DNA from: Nitrospinota bacterium
GTDB taxonomy: Bacteria > Nitrospinota_A > UBA7883 > JACRGQ01
Length of the DNA: 44,119 nt
NCBI GenBank assembly: GCA_016194375.1
Contig: JACQBU010000122.1
Coordinates: 1-44,119 of the forward strand
Direction: 5' to 3'
Shown: one piece after another, positions 17,036 to 27,747 of the stretch
How the letters are laid out: every line of letters starts with the position of its first letter
How positions within the stretch are numbered: position 1 is the stretch's first letter
Notes under the pieces: model-generated
The model's database searches: none
Seen by the model: the letters and a program-made list of their open reading frames with translations, nothing else
What the model was told of the DNA's origin: nothing
Program-made: the position numbers and the translations under genes

Positions 17036-18529
17036 GTGACCCCCGTCAAAAAGCTCCTTTTACTCCTTGCGGCGTTCACCCTACTGCGCCTTTTCACGGC
17101 CGCATCGTTCGAACTCGCGATGGACGACGGCTATTACTGGCTTTGGTCGCAACACCTTTCGCTGGGTTATTACGACCACCCCCCGATGGTCGCGCTCGTC
17201 ATCGCGGCGACGACCCTGCTGGGCCAGTCGGAAATTTTCGTGCGGCTCGGCGCCGTCGTCCTGTCCGTGGTCTCGACGGTCCTGCTGTACAGGCTGGCCT
17301 CCAAACTTTTTAAAAACGAGGAGGCGGGATGGCACTCCGCCTGGATGCTAAACCTGACGCTCATTTTTTGCGCGGGGGCGCTGGACGTCACGCCGGACAC
17401 GCCGCTCCTGCCGTTTTATCTCCTCGCCATGATCCTTTTTTACGACGCCGCAAACCAGCCCGACGCCCGGTTTTTGAGATGGGTCGGCGCGGGCGCGGCG
17501 GCGGGCCTCGCCATGCTGAGCAAATACACGGCGGTCTTCTTTTTTCCCGGCGCGTTGCTTTATCTCGCGCTTTCGCCGAACAACCGCCGCTGGTTGAAAA
17601 AACCCCATCCGTACGTCGCCGCGCTCGTCGCGGCAATCGTTTTCAGCCCCGTCGTAATCTGGAACGTCCGGCACGACTGGATATCCTTCTCCTTCCAGGC
17701 GAAACACGGCCTCGAGCACGCGGGCGGCAACCCGCTGGGGCGGTTTCTGGAGTTCGCCGGATTCCAGGCCGTCCTTTATTCCGTCGGGCTTTTCTTTTTC
17801 CTGACGGCCGCCGCCGCCAAATCCGTCAAAACCGCGTTTTATCGCTCCCCCGGCGGAATAGCCTGCGCGTACCGGGACGAGAGCCGCTTCATTTTCTCGT
17901 TTTGGGCGCCCACCCTTTTGTTCTTCACGCTAAATTCGTTCCGCGCGACCGTAGAGGGGAACTGGCCGGTCCTCGGCTTCGCGCCGCTGTTCGCGCAGGC
18001 CGGCGGAATCACGGGCGAATGGCTTCAAAATCCCCGGACAAAAAAACTGCTTTCCTTCAGCGCGGCGGTCGCAGTCGCTTTGATCGCGTTCGTCCACATC
18101 CAGATCGTGGACCCTGTGATACCGCACCCTAAAAGGTTCGAGATAAGCAGGAGGATATACGGCTGGAAGACGCTGGGCGGCGCGGTGGACGAGGAGCGCG
18201 GGACTTTTCACGCAAAATTCCTAATCGCGGACCGCCACCAAACGGCGGGGCTTTTGACTTATTACACGAACCCGCACATGCCGGCGTACCTGATGGGCGG
18301 GTCCAACAGGCTCAGGTACACCTTCCTGCCGCCCGTCGACTCCTACGCGGGCGGCGACGCCATATACGTCGTGGAGGAGGAAAGGGACGCCGCCCAAAAA
18401 CTGCAAAAGGTTTTCGAGCGGGTGGAGAAGGCGCGCGCGGTGGTCATAGAAAGGAAGGGGGAACTTATCAGGAGGTTCCTAGTTTATAGATGTTACAATT
18501 ACCGCGGCGGATTAAGCGACATTGATTAA
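17036..18529 (+). CDS. Glycosyltransferase family 39 (ArnT/PMT-like lipid-linked sugar transferase)
   Basis: Polytopic 497-aa protein. The N-terminal motif ELAMDDGYYWLWSQHLSLGYYDHPPMVA is typical of ArnT-like GT39/PMT_2 proteins. GTG start. Confidence 0.75.
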   Translation: MTPVKKLLLLLAAFTLLRLFTAASFELAMDDGYYWLWSQHLSLGYYDHPPMVALVIAATTLLGQSEIFVRLGAVVLSVVSTVLLYRLASKLFKNEEAGWHSAWMLNLTLIFCAGALDVTPDTPLLPFYLLAMILFYDAANQPDARFLRWVGAGAAAGLAMLSKYTAVFFFPGALLYLALSPNNRRWLKKPHPYVAALVAAIVFSPVVIWNVRHDWISFSFQAKHGLEHAGGNPLGRFLEFAGFQAVLYSVGLFFFLTAAAAKSVKTAFYRSPGGIACAYRDESRFIFSFWAPTLLFFTLNSFRATVEGNWPVLGFAPLFAQAGGITGEWLQNPRTKKLLSFSAAVAVALIAFVHIQIVDPVIPHPKRFEISRRIYGWKTLGGAVDEERGTFHAKFLIADRHQTAGLLTYYTNPHMPAYLMGGSNRLRYTFLPPVDSYAGGDAIYVVEEERDAAQKLQKVFERVEKARAVVIERKGELIRRFLVYRCYNYRGGLSDID

Positions 18530-18561
18530 AAAGAAGTTCAAAGAAGGGGAATTGGGCGTCC

Positions 18562-19809
18562 GTGAGGCTTTCCACAATACGCGCGGTTGATTTTTGGGTC
18601 GGGGTTCCGCTCTGCCTCCTGCTGGACTTTTTTGCGCTCCTGCTCTCCCCGTTTTTGTCGAAAAGCAGAAACATCAAAAACGTCCTCTTTTTGGAGCTGT
18701 CCGAGGCGGGAAGCCTCGTAATAGGCCACTCGGCGATAAGCCGGCTCAAGGCGTCCATGCCCGGCTCCAAGCTATATTTCCTCATTTTTGAGAGGCACGC
18801 AAGCGGGTTGAGGCTCCTCGACCTCATAGAAGAAGAGAACATAATCACCATACGCGATTCGTCCCTGGGCGCGTTCATCTGGGACGTGGCGGGGGCGGTT
18901 TGGAAAATGAGGGAGGCGGGGATTGACTCCGTGATTGACATGGAGCTCTTTTCGAGGGCCTCCTCGGTGCTTTCATTCCTCTCCTTCGCCCGCAACAGGG
19001 TCGGCTTTTACGCGTACACGAACGAGGGGCTCTATCGGGGACTGCTGATACACAACTACAAGGTCGCCTACAACCCGTACAAGCACATGGCGCTTAATTT
19101 CATGGCGCTGGTGGAGACGTTTTTGGCCAACGAGGACGACAGCCCGAACCTCAAGCGCAGACTGCCCGAAACGCTCGTCACCCCTTTCAAACTCCCCCCC
19201 TCCCCCGAAAGGGCGGAAAACGGCATGGCGCTGATACGCGGCCAATATCCGGACGCGACGAACGACCACAAAATAATCATAATAAATCCCCACGCCGGCG
19301 AACTGCCGATAAGGGCGTGGGGGCGCGCAAAGTTCGCCGAAACCGCAAAAAGGATTTTGGATGGCGGAAGCGACCGGCTCGTGGTCATAATTGGCCTGCC
19401 CGACGCGGCCAAGGACGGCCTTTTCATCGAACATCACGTGGACGACCCCCGTTGCGTCAACTTAGTCGGCCAGACCAAAAGTCTGGGGGACGTGGTGGAC
19501 CTCTGTTTTGCATCGAAGCTACTTTTGACCAACGACAGCGGCCCCGCCCAATACGCCTCCGTCACCACGGCGAAGGTCGTGGTCCTCTTCGGACCCGAAA
19601 CGCCGTCGCTTTACTCGCCGCTGGGCGGCGGGGTGCACGCCGTTTATTCGGGGCTGTCGTGCTCCCCGTGCGTCACCGCGGCCAACCACAGGAACACCGT
19701 CTGCCGCGACAACAAATGCCTGCAGGTGATAACGGTGGACGAAGTGGTCGGCCTCTGTATCCGCATTCTAAACGGGAAGGGAGTCGGCGCGCGGGGGCGG
19801 GCGTCGTGA
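18562..19809 (+). CDS. Glycosyltransferase family 9 (heptosyltransferase-like)
   Basis: The C-terminal motif LLLTNDSGPAQYASVTTAKVVVLFGPETP is typical of GT9. hldE (ADP-heptose synthesis) lies in the same window. Confidence 0.75.
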   Translation: MRLSTIRAVDFWVGVPLCLLLDFFALLLSPFLSKSRNIKNVLFLELSEAGSLVIGHSAISRLKASMPGSKLYFLIFERHASGLRLLDLIEEENIITIRDSSLGAFIWDVAGAVWKMREAGIDSVIDMELFSRASSVLSFLSFARNRVGFYAYTNEGLYRGLLIHNYKVAYNPYKHMALNFMALVETFLANEDDSPNLKRRLPETLVTPFKLPPSPERAENGMALIRGQYPDATNDHKIIIINPHAGELPIRAWGRAKFAETAKRILDGGSDRLVVIIGLPDAAKDGLFIEHHVDDPRCVNLVGQTKSLGDVVDLCFASKLLLTNDSGPAQYASVTTAKVVVLFGPETPSLYSPLGGGVHAVYSGLSCSPCVTAANHRNTVCRDNKCLQVITVDEVVGLCIRILNGKGVGARGRAS

Positions 19810-20375
19810 AAAAATTTGCGGGTTTGGACAAGATAGTCCTCGTCGGCTTCAAGGGGTCGGGAAAAACGAGGGTCGGAAAACTAATCGCGAAAAAAACGGG
19901 TTTCGAGTTTCTGGACATAGACTCGCTCATCGAGGACGCGCACGCCGAAAAAAGCGGCAAACGGGCCAGCGTGAGGACTATATACAAGAAATTGGGCGGC
20001 GATTATTTCAAGAAACTCGAGGGGAAGGCGCTCGTAAGGGCCGCAAGGACGAAGGGGACCGTCGTGTCCCTCGGCGGGGGCTCGCCGTTGAACGAGAGGT
20101 TCGACAAGCGGAAATTTCGCAACGCCGCCTTCGTTTTTCTCGACGTGCCGCCGGACGACCTTTTTGGAAGGATACGAAGAAAAGGGTTCCCCCCCTTTTT
20201 CGACAAGAAAGCCCCCCGAAGAACCTTCGACGAGCTGTACAAAAAACGAACGCCGGTTTACCGCCGGACGGCGGATTTCAGGGCCGGCAACTCCGACAAA
20301 ACCCCGGCGAGGACGTGCCGCGAAATACTCGGCCTACTTCAAAACCGCAAAAGTGGTAAAGTTTTAGGCGTATGA
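19806..20375 (+). CDS. aroK: Shikimate kinase
   Basis: [34 protein letters not shown] (P-loop) ...VVSLGGG. The start is trimmed to GTG 19806, which overlaps the GT9 stop; the upstream part of the 352-aa track ORF lies inside the GT9 gene. aroC follows. Confidence 0.8.
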   Translation: MKKFAGLDKIVLVGFKGSGKTRVGKLIAKKTGFEFLDIDSLIEDAHAEKSGKRASVRTIYKKLGGDYFKKLEGKALVRAARTKGTVVSLGGGSPLNERFDKRKFRNAAFVFLDVPPDDLFGRIRRKGFPPFFDKKAPRRTFDELYKKRTPVYRRTADFRAGNSDKTPARTCREILGLLQNRKSGKVLGV

Positions 20376-21430
20376 GCAATGTGTTCGGCAGACTGCTAAG
20401 GCTGGCCAGCTGGGGGGAGTCGCACGGCCCCGCAATAGGCGGGGTTCTGGACGGTTGTCCCGCCGGAATAGACCTGTCGGAACGGGACATGCAACGGGAG
20501 CTGGACAGGCGCAGGCCGGGCCAGAGCAGAATGACCACGGCCCGGAAGGAGCCCGACGCCGTGCAAATTTTGTCCGGCGTGTTCGAGGGGAAGACCACGG
20601 GGGCGTCCATCGGGTTCGTCATCGAAAACAAGGACAAAAACTCCTCGAGCTACGAGAAGATAAAGGACGTCTACAGGCCGGGGCACGCGGATTATACGAC
20701 CGAGGCGAAATACGGCGTCCGCGACTGGCGGGGCGGCGGCAGGTCAAGCGCGCGCGAAACCGCCGTGCGCGTGGCCGCCGGCGCGGTGGCGCGGAAAATT
20801 TTGGGCGGCGTCAAAATAATCGGCTACACCCTGCAAATCGGCGACGTCCGCACGTCGCGCTTCGACCGGGACGAGATAGAGAAAAATCCCGTCCGCGCCC
20901 CGGACGCGGAGGCCGCAAAAAAAATGGAGGAGCTCGTGGAACGGGTGCGGAAAGAGGGCGATTCCATAGGCGGCGTCGTCGAGGTCGTCGCCGAAAACGT
21001 CCCGGCCGGGCTGGGCGCGCCGGTCTACGGCAAATTGAGCGCGGACCTCGCGTCGGCCATGATGGGGATAAACGCCATCAAGGGGGTCGAGATAGGCTCG
21101 GGCTTCAAATGCGCCGCGATGAGGGGTAGCGAACACAACGATCGGATGGAGCCCGGCGGCGACCGGCCGAAATTCAAAACGAACAACTCCGGCGGCATAT
21201 TGGGCGGAATTTCCAACGGCGACAAAATCGTGGTGAGGATCGCCGTCAAGCCGACCCCCTCCATTTTGAAGGAGCAGGACACGGTGGACAAAAACATGCG
21301 GCGGACCAAGATAACCGTCGAGGGGCGTCACGACCCCTGCATATGCCCCCGCGTGGTGCCCGTGGCGGAGGCGATGATGGCGCTGGTTTTGGCCGACCAC
21401 CTTCTGTTGCAACGAACGTCACGAATTTAA
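20372..21430 (+). CDS. aroC: Chorismate synthase
   Basis: Motifs [46 protein letters not shown] and [13 protein letters not shown]. Confidence 0.95.
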   Translation: MSNVFGRLLRLASWGESHGPAIGGVLDGCPAGIDLSERDMQRELDRRRPGQSRMTTARKEPDAVQILSGVFEGKTTGASIGFVIENKDKNSSSYEKIKDVYRPGHADYTTEAKYGVRDWRGGGRSSARETAVRVAAGAVARKILGGVKIIGYTLQIGDVRTSRFDRDEIEKNPVRAPDAEAAKKMEELVERVRKEGDSIGGVVEVVAENVPAGLGAPVYGKLSADLASAMMGINAIKGVEIGSGFKCAAMRGSEHNDRMEPGGDRPKFKTNNSGGILGGISNGDKIVVRIAVKPTPSILKEQDTVDKNMRRTKITVEGRHDPCICPRVVPVAEAMMALVLADHLLLQRTSRI

Positions 21431-22045
21431 ATGCCCCCGGTTCCCGCCGCCGTCACGCCCGTCCGGCTGATCCTGGCCTCCTCGTCGCCGCGCAGGAGGG
21501 AGATACTCTCGTCGCTCGGCCTGAAGTTCGAGGTCCGGCACGCCGACGTGGACGAGACCCCGAGAAGGGGCGAAGGAGCCGCCGAGGCAGTCCGCAGGCT
21601 GGCGCTGGAGAAGGCCCGCGTCGTCGCGGACTCCGAAAAAAGCTCGCTGGTGGTGGGCGCCGACACGCTGGTCGCCCTGGACGGCGTGGTCATGGGAAAA
21701 CCGGCCGACCCGGAAGAGGCGGCAAGGATGCTTTTGGCGCTCGGCGGAAGAACCCACGAGGTGTTGACCGGCGTCGCATTCGTGAAGGCGGACGAGGAAT
21801 TTGTCCATGCCGGAGTCTGCAGGTCGGAGGTCACCTTTAAAAAGATCTCCGAGGCGACGGCGTCAAAATACGTCGGGACGGGCGAGCCGCTCGGCAAGGC
21901 CGGGGCGTACGCCATCCAGGGCGCGGGGGGGGATTTGGTGGAGGATTACAAGGGTTCCTTCACGAACATCGTCGGGCTTCCGGTGGCGGAGATTTTGCGG
22001 TCCGTAGTCCGGTTTGGAATAGAGCGGCTGGAATGGGCGCGATAA
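21431..22045 (+). CDS. maf: Maf-like nucleoside triphosphate pyrophosphatase
   Basis: Motifs LILASSSPRRREIL, GADTLV and KAGAYAIQG. Confidence 0.9.
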   Translation: MPPVPAAVTPVRLILASSSPRRREILSSLGLKFEVRHADVDETPRRGEGAAEAVRRLALEKARVVADSEKSSLVVGADTLVALDGVVMGKPADPEEAARMLLALGGRTHEVLTGVAFVKADEEFVHAGVCRSEVTFKKISEATASKYVGTGEPLGKAGAYAIQGAGGDLVEDYKGSFTNIVGLPVAEILRSVVRFGIERLEWAR

Positions 22046-22665
22046 TCGTCGGGTTGACCGGGGGCGTCGCCTCGGGGAAATCAACCGCGCTCAGGGTGAT
22101 GAAAAGGCTCGGCGCAAAGGTCATCGATGCCGACGTGCTGGCCCGCAAGGCGGTGGCGCCCGGGACTCCGGGGTTGGAAAAAATTAAAAAACGGTTCGGG
22201 AACGTGCTTCACAAGAACGGCAGGCTGAACAGGAAGAAACTGGCCAAAATGGTCTTCGGGAACAAAAAGGCGCTCGCCGACCTCAACGCCATCGTGCACC
22301 CCGACGTCTTCAGGATGGAGCAGAGGCTGATCGCCGAATTCGCCGGCGGGAAAAAACGGGCCGTCGTCGTCGTTGACGCGCCTGTCATGATAGAGAGCGG
22401 CTTCCACGCCCATAAGGACGTCCTGGTGGTGATGAGCTCCCCCGTCGCGGCCCAGGTGAAGAGGCTTCGGGAGCAAAAGGGGTTCACCCCGGCCGAGGCA
22501 ATGGCGCGCATTAAATCCCAAATGCCCCTAAAAAAGAAGCTAAGGTATGCCGACTACGTGGTGGGCAACGACGGGTCAGTCGCCCAACTGCGAAAGAACA
22601 CGGAGGAGGTTTACCACAAAATCCTGCGGGATTTTTCGAAGCGCCAACGCCGCCCGCCCCGCTAG
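22033..22665 (+). CDS. coaE: Dephospho-CoA kinase
   Basis: P-loop VGLTGGVASGKST, followed by IDADVLAR. Confidence 0.9.
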   Translation: MGAIIVGLTGGVASGKSTALRVMKRLGAKVIDADVLARKAVAPGTPGLEKIKKRFGNVLHKNGRLNRKKLAKMVFGNKKALADLNAIVHPDVFRMEQRLIAEFAGGKKRAVVVVDAPVMIESGFHAHKDVLVVMSSPVAAQVKRLREQKGFTPAEAMARIKSQMPLKKKLRYADYVVGNDGSVAQLRKNTEEVYHKILRDFSKRQRRPPR

Positions 22666-25029
22666 CGCGGGGAAACCGGCGTTTCCGGCCGCGCCTCGCC
22701 GGAGCGCGCGGGGGACAGCGAGTATTCCTTCGGCTCCGTTCCCTCCCTGAACGCCTCGAAGAACGAATCCGGGTCGCCCGGCTTCGCCAACAGGCCGGTG
22801 TTCTTGTTTATCCTCACGAAGACGATGTTTCTAAGCGGTATGAACGGGCGTATCTGGATGCTTTTTATGACCCCCCTCATGTAGGCCAGCCATATCGGCG
22901 CGGCGGCGTGTCCGCCCGTTTCGTTCTTGCCTATCGTCCCCTCCTGGTCCCTTCCGACCCAGACGCCCGTTACGACCCCGGACGTGTAGCCGATGAACCA
23001 CGCGTCTATGAACTCGTTGGTCGTGCCGGTCTTGCCTGCGGTCGGCACGCCGAGCGCCCTTACGGCCTGTCCCGTCCCCTCCTCGACGACGCCCTGCATG
23101 ATGTTGTTCATCAAAAAGGCGGTGTCCTCCGGCATGACGCGGTTTGTCACCGGCTCCGTCCGTTCGATTATCCTGCCGGATTGGTCCTCCACGCGCCTTA
23201 TGAAATACGGCTCGTTGCGGACTCCGCCGTTTGCCAGCACGCCGTAAACCGAGGTCATCTCCAAAAGGTTCACGCTGGACGAGCCGAGCGCGATCGAGAG
23301 GTTGTCCTCGAGGTTCGAGCGCACCCCGAGCCGCCGGGCGTATTCCATGGCGTATTGAAGGCCGATTTTTTGGAGCACCTTTATCGTGACTATGTTGCGC
23401 GATTCCGTCACGGCAGTCCTGACGGTCGTGGGGCCGTAGAACTCCTCCTTGTAGTTGGCGGGCTTCCAGTCCGCCCCGCTCTCCTCGAATGTGACGGGCG
23501 AGTCAATTATGATGGAGGCGGGCGTGAAGTTCTTGTCGAGCGCGGCGGCGTATATTATCGGCTTGAAGGCGGAGCCCGGCTGGCGCTGTGCCTGCACGGC
23601 GCGGTTGAACGAGCTCGTCTCAAAATCATATCCGCCGACCATCGCGCGTATCTCGCCTGTCGAGTAGTCCATGCACACGAGCGCACCCTGCAACGCCGGC
23701 GTCTGGTCCAGAGCGAACCTCAGCGGGCCGGCGCGGCGACGTTCCAACGTCGCCACCTCTATGACGTGGCCCGGCCTGACCAGCTTGGTCGCGTCGTTGA
23801 CCGGCCCCGCGTACCTGCCGTCCGTTTTAACGTCGAACTTGTGCGCCCAGGAAAATCCGCCGGGCTCTATGACCCCCTTGTGGCCGTTGACCTCGACAGT
23901 TATCAAGTTGCGCGAAACGGACTTCACCACCGCCTTGTAGCGACTGCCGGGGGCGAAGTATTCCGCGAGGGGGATTTTTTCCATCGGCGGGTTTAGCTCC
24001 TCCCAGTCGGGGGCTTCCGTTTTCAGGTCAATCCGACCGGCCGGGCCGCGATAGCCGATCCGGCGGTCGTCCTCCTCCAGGCCGGCCCTGAGGGACTCCT
24101 GCGCGCGGACCTGCCAGGAGGTATCCAGCGTGGTGTAGACCTTCAGCCCCTCCCGGTACAGCTTGTCGGACCCGTATTGCGCCTGGATGTAGCGCCGGAC
24201 GTGCTCCGCAAAATACGGGACGTCGTTGGGGGTTTTTTTCAGCTTCGCAAGCCTCATCGGCTCCGCCAAGGCCCGCTTCGCGGCCTCCGGGGAGACGTAG
24301 CCCGACCCAAGCATCCTGTTTATGACGAGGTTTCTTCTGTGGGTGGCGGCCTTTGCGTTGTTGAAGAACAGCCAGTACGAGCGCTCGATCAGCGCCTTCC
24401 GCACCTTTCTGGGCGCCTATCCGCAGAGTCCACTGGCGGAAAATGCGCAGTATTGGCTGGGTGAGGCGTATTACGTGACCAAGGCCTTTTAGCTTTCTGG
24501 CCAGCGTCTTCTCCCTCGAGAGGAACATCACCTTCGCGACCTGCTGGGTGATGGTGCTTCCCCCCTGCACCGCGCCCCTTTCGCGCAGGTTTACGAGCGC
24601 CGCCCTGAATATGCCCCACGGGTCCACCCCCTTGTGGGTGAAGAACTTGTCGTCCTCGATGGCGATGGTGGCCTTCTTCATGAGGTCGGGTATCTCCTCG
24701 TATTTTTTTAGGACGCGCTTCTCCACGTAGAATTCAGCCGCCGGCCGGTCGAACCTGTCGTAGATCACGGTCATCAGGGAAGGCTGGTAGTTCTTCAGCT
24801 TCATGACGTCGGGAAGCGTCCGCTCGTAATAATTTATGAGGAACGCCAGCATCCCTATCCCGAACGCCGTACAGGCGGCGGTGAGATAAAGGGCCAGAAA
24901 AACCAACTGCCTCCTCGTGCGCCCTCGAAGCCAGGCCGCCCCCTTGCCTAAAAGGTCGGCCGACCTTCTCGCGAGCCTTCCAAGCAGGGCTTCCGCCCTC
25001 CTTAAAAGGTCAGCGACCCTTCTTGCCAT
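22662..25029 (-). pseudogene. mrcA: Class A penicillin-binding protein (PBP1A-type), disrupted in the glycosyltransferase domain
   Basis: The N-terminal ORF (25029 down to about 24490) has a TM anchor and the GT51 motifs IEDDKFFTHKG and GGSTITQQ, ending at ...REKTLARKLK. The C-terminal ORF, in another frame (about 24340 down to 22662), has ...HRRNLVINRM and the transpeptidase motifs SAFK, SRN and KTGT. The GT51 block between the RKxxE and RRxxVL motifs is missing and replaced. Confidence 0.8.
24361..24486 (+). other. Antisense gene fragment reading like a YbgF/CpoB-type TPR motif, embedded in the PBP gene
   Basis: The + strand translates without stops as LKNSQYERSISAFRTFLGAYPQSPLAENAQYWLGEAYYVTK. 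Compare E. coli CpoB ...AFQNFIKKYPDSTYLPNANYWLGQLNY... (from memory). Confidence 0.55.
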
Positions 25030-25729
25030 TCAGGGCCTCCTTCAGGATCAACAGGTCCTTCCAGGCCTCCGCCTTGTATTGCGGGCTCCTCAGAAGGAAG
25101 GACGGGTGGTAAGTGGCCAGGAGCGGAATCCCCTCGTATTCGTGCCACCTGCCGCGCAGCCTCCCTATCGGCTCGCCGGTTTTCAACAGCGTGTGCGCGG
25201 CGTGCGCCCCGAGCGCGCAAATGAAGGAGGGCTTGATGAGGGCGATCTGGGCCTTGAGGAACCGCTCGCAGTGCGCTATCTCCGCCGGTTCCGGCGGCCG
25301 GTTGCCGGGCGGCCTGCACTTCAACACGTTGGCTATGTACACCGAGCTTCGCGGAACGTTGAGCGCGCGCTCCGCCTCTATCATCTTGGTCAGCAGTTTG
25401 CCGGCCCGCCCCACGAACGGCAGGCCCTGCGCGTCCTCCTCGGCCCCGGGCGCCTCCCCCACGAACATTAGGCGCGCATGCGGGTCGCCGCTTCCGAACA
25501 CGGTGCGCGTCCTGGTTTTGTGCAACGGGCAGTCGAGGCATTTGGATACCTCCGCCTCGAGTTCGGCCAGCGTTCCCCGCGCCGATTTCGGGGAGGCGTG
25601 GTTTGCCGGGGGTTTTGGGGCGGCCGCCTTGTCCGAATGCGCGGGTTTTGAGGACGACTTTTTGACCTCCACGAACTCCACCCCGAGGGCGTTGAGGTGC
25701 TTAAAGTAGGTCTCGACCTTCTTCTTCAT
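25010..25729 (-). CDS. Uracil-DNA glycosylase, family 4
   Basis: Motifs CLDCPLHKTRTRTVFGSGDPHARLMFVGEAPGAEEDAQGLPFVGRAGKLL and ...TYHPSFLLR. The start is trimmed to MKKKVETYF (ATG 25729). Confidence 0.85.
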   Translation of the reverse strand: MKKKVETYFKHLNALGVEFVEVKKSSSKPAHSDKAAAPKPPANHASPKSARGTLAELEAEVSKCLDCPLHKTRTRTVFGSGDPHARLMFVGEAPGAEEDAQGLPFVGRAGKLLTKMIEAERALNVPRSSVYIANVLKCRPPGNRPPEPAEIAHCERFLKAQIALIKPSFICALGAHAAHTLLKTGEPIGRLRGRWHEYEGIPLLATYHPSFLLRSPQYKAEAWKDLLILKEALNGKKGR

Positions 25730-25758
25730 GCCAATTTCAGCGCGGAAAAATAATCCGC

Positions 25759-26961
25759 TTACGCCACGGGAGCCGAAAGAAACTTGACCGCCACGTCCAG
25801 TATCCTGTTGGCGACCGACGGTTTGTCGGCGCGGCGCAAAGGCAACGGCTCCTCCCCCCTGCACAAGATGGTGACCTCGTTGTAGTCGCTGTCAAACCCC
25901 GAGTCTTCCCCGCCCACGTCGTTGACGCAGATGACGTCCATGTTTTTCGCCGCCATCTTGTCGCGCCCGTTTTTTATCAAATTTTCCGTCTCCGCCGCAA
26001 AGCCGACCACCACGCGCCCCCCCTTTATCTTGGCGACGGCCTCGAGAATGTCCGGGTTCGGCTCGAGCGCGAGGGTCGGGGACTGGTCCCCCTTTTTTAT
26101 TTTTCCCGCCGAGGGACGGGCGGGCCTGAAGTCGGCCACCGCCGCGGCCATTATCAACATGTCGCAGTCGGAAAAACGGCTCGTCACCGCGTCGAGCATC
26201 TCGACGGCCGTCCTCACCGACACCCGCCTCACCCCCTCCGGAAGTCGCGCGGTGACCGGCCCGTGAATCAGGGTGACGTCGGCCCCGCGGTCCCTTGCGG
26301 CTCCGGCGAGCGCCGCCCCCATCTTCCCGGAGGAGCGGTTGGATATGAAACGCGCCGCGTCAATCGGCTCAACGGTCGGCCCCGCGGTCACCAAAACCCT
26401 CCGCCCCGCGAGGTCGCCCGCGACGCCCGCGGCCTTCATCATCAACGACGCGAGGTATTCGATCGACGGAAGCCTCCCCTCGCCGAATTCGCCGTCGGCC
26501 ATCTCGCCGACCTCCGGCGGGACGACGTTTATCCCGCGTTTTTCGAGAATCCTAATGTTTTCGCGCACGGCCGGATTGTTCAACATGGCCGGGTTCATAG
26601 AGGGCGCCACGTACACCGGACAACGGGCGGCGAGGATGGTCGTCGTCAGAAGGTCGTCGGCCGCGCCGTGGGCCATCTTCGCCAGAAAATTCGCCGTCGC
26701 CGGCGCTATGAGCGCGGCGGACGCCCCCCGGGTCACAAAAAGATGGTCGTAAGGGTCCGTCTGCGCGTCCCAGTCCGCCGTAAGGACCGCGTTCCCCGTC
26801 ACACAGCGGAGGGCGAGGGGGGCGACGAAACGCTCCGCCGCGCGCGTCATGACGACCTGCACGTCAAGCCCGCCCTTCTTCAACAACCTCGCGAGCTCGG
26901 GCGCCTTGTAGGCCGCGACGCCGCCGGTTACGCCGAGCACTATTTTTTTAGCTCCGTTCAT
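25759..26961 (-). CDS. coaBC: Bifunctional phosphopantothenoylcysteine decarboxylase / phosphopantothenate--cysteine ligase
   Basis: N-terminal flavoprotein domain KKIVLGVTGGVAAYKAPELARLL, PAMN motif (APSMNPAM), and C-terminal ligase domain ...ITAGPTVEPIDAARFISNRSSGKMG. Confidence 0.9.
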   Translation of the reverse strand: MNGAKKIVLGVTGGVAAYKAPELARLLKKGGLDVQVVMTRAAERFVAPLALRCVTGNAVLTADWDAQTDPYDHLFVTRGASAALIAPATANFLAKMAHGAADDLLTTTILAARCPVYVAPSMNPAMLNNPAVRENIRILEKRGINVVPPEVGEMADGEFGEGRLPSIEYLASLMMKAAGVAGDLAGRRVLVTAGPTVEPIDAARFISNRSSGKMGAALAGAARDRGADVTLIHGPVTARLPEGVRRVSVRTAVEMLDAVTSRFSDCDMLIMAAAVADFRPARPSAGKIKKGDQSPTLALEPNPDILEAVAKIKGGRVVVGFAAETENLIKNGRDKMAAKNMDVICVNDVGGEDSGFDSDYNEVTILCRGEEPLPLRRADKPSVANRILDVAVKFLSAPVA

Positions 26962-27054
26962 GAGAACATTCTATCCCGCTTTATTCGGCGCGCAAAGCGT
27001 GTTAAGTTTAACCGTTGAATGACGCCGCTTGGGATGAAAAGGAAGACGCTTTAA

Positions 27055-27570
27055 TTGGCCCGAAAACTTCGCGCCGCCTTTTTCCTCGCGGTTTTGTTCC
27101 TCGCCCCTTCCTGCGGCTACCGTCTGGCCGGCCAGGAAAACAGGTTGCCGGAGACGATAAGGACAATTTACGTCTCGATTTTTGTCAACGACACCAAGGA
27201 GCCGAACCTCGAGCTTTTGGTGACCAACGCGATAATCGAAAAATTCAAGCACGACGGAAGGCTCGGGGTCGCCTCCGCCAAGGACGCCGATTCCGTCCTC
27301 TCGGGCACGATAGAAAAATACTCCCTCGAGCCGCTTGTTTACGACGCATATAACAACGCCGCAAAATATCGCCTCAGGATGAGGGTGAAGGTTAAATTCG
27401 AGGACAAGACGGGAAAGGGGGTGCTTGTGGAGAAGTCAATCGCCTCCCAATGGGATTACATAGTGGGCGCGTCTATAATCGCCGACGAGATGTCGCGGGT
27501 GGACGCGGTCAACCAGGCCTCCGCGTACACGGGGGACAAAATACTCGGGCTATTGCTCGAGGGTTTTTGA
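27055..27570 (+). CDS. lptE: LPS-assembly lipoprotein LptE-like
   Basis: Lipoprotein signal FLAPSCGYRLAG (lipobox Cys followed by GY(R/H)L, as in LptE/RlpB) and a size of about 170 aa. TTG start. Confidence 0.65.
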   Translation: MARKLRAAFFLAVLFLAPSCGYRLAGQENRLPETIRTIYVSIFVNDTKEPNLELLVTNAIIEKFKHDGRLGVASAKDADSVLSGTIEKYSLEPLVYDAYNNAAKYRLRMRVKVKFEDKTGKGVLVEKSIASQWDYIVGASIIADEMSRVDAVNQASAYTGDKILGLLLEGF

Positions 27571-27747
27571 CGGTTTGACGGGGGCTATAAAATAACAACC
27601 GCGATTTCCGGCAACACCAGCGGGCTGAGCCATTCCGCCGTCGGGAGCCTGGAGAGGATCTACCGGCGGAAAATCCCGCCGCCCGCCCTGATAACGGACG
27701 AGCTTTACACCTACGTCGCGCGCCTCTCGCGCGAGCTGGGGCGCCAA

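Noticed and set aside
19317-19805. Upstream extension of the aroK ORF (the track ORF is 352 aa)
   Set aside because: It lies inside the GT9 gene in another frame. The shikimate kinase P-loop begins just after GTG 19806.
24346-24360. Possible extension of the YbgF-like reading (AAFALL) further into the PBP gene
   Set aside because: On the minus strand the same bases encode NNAKAA, which leads into the PBP motif HRRNLVINRM. This short stretch fits both readings, so the exact junction cannot be fixed by eye. Only 24361-24486 is called as foreign.
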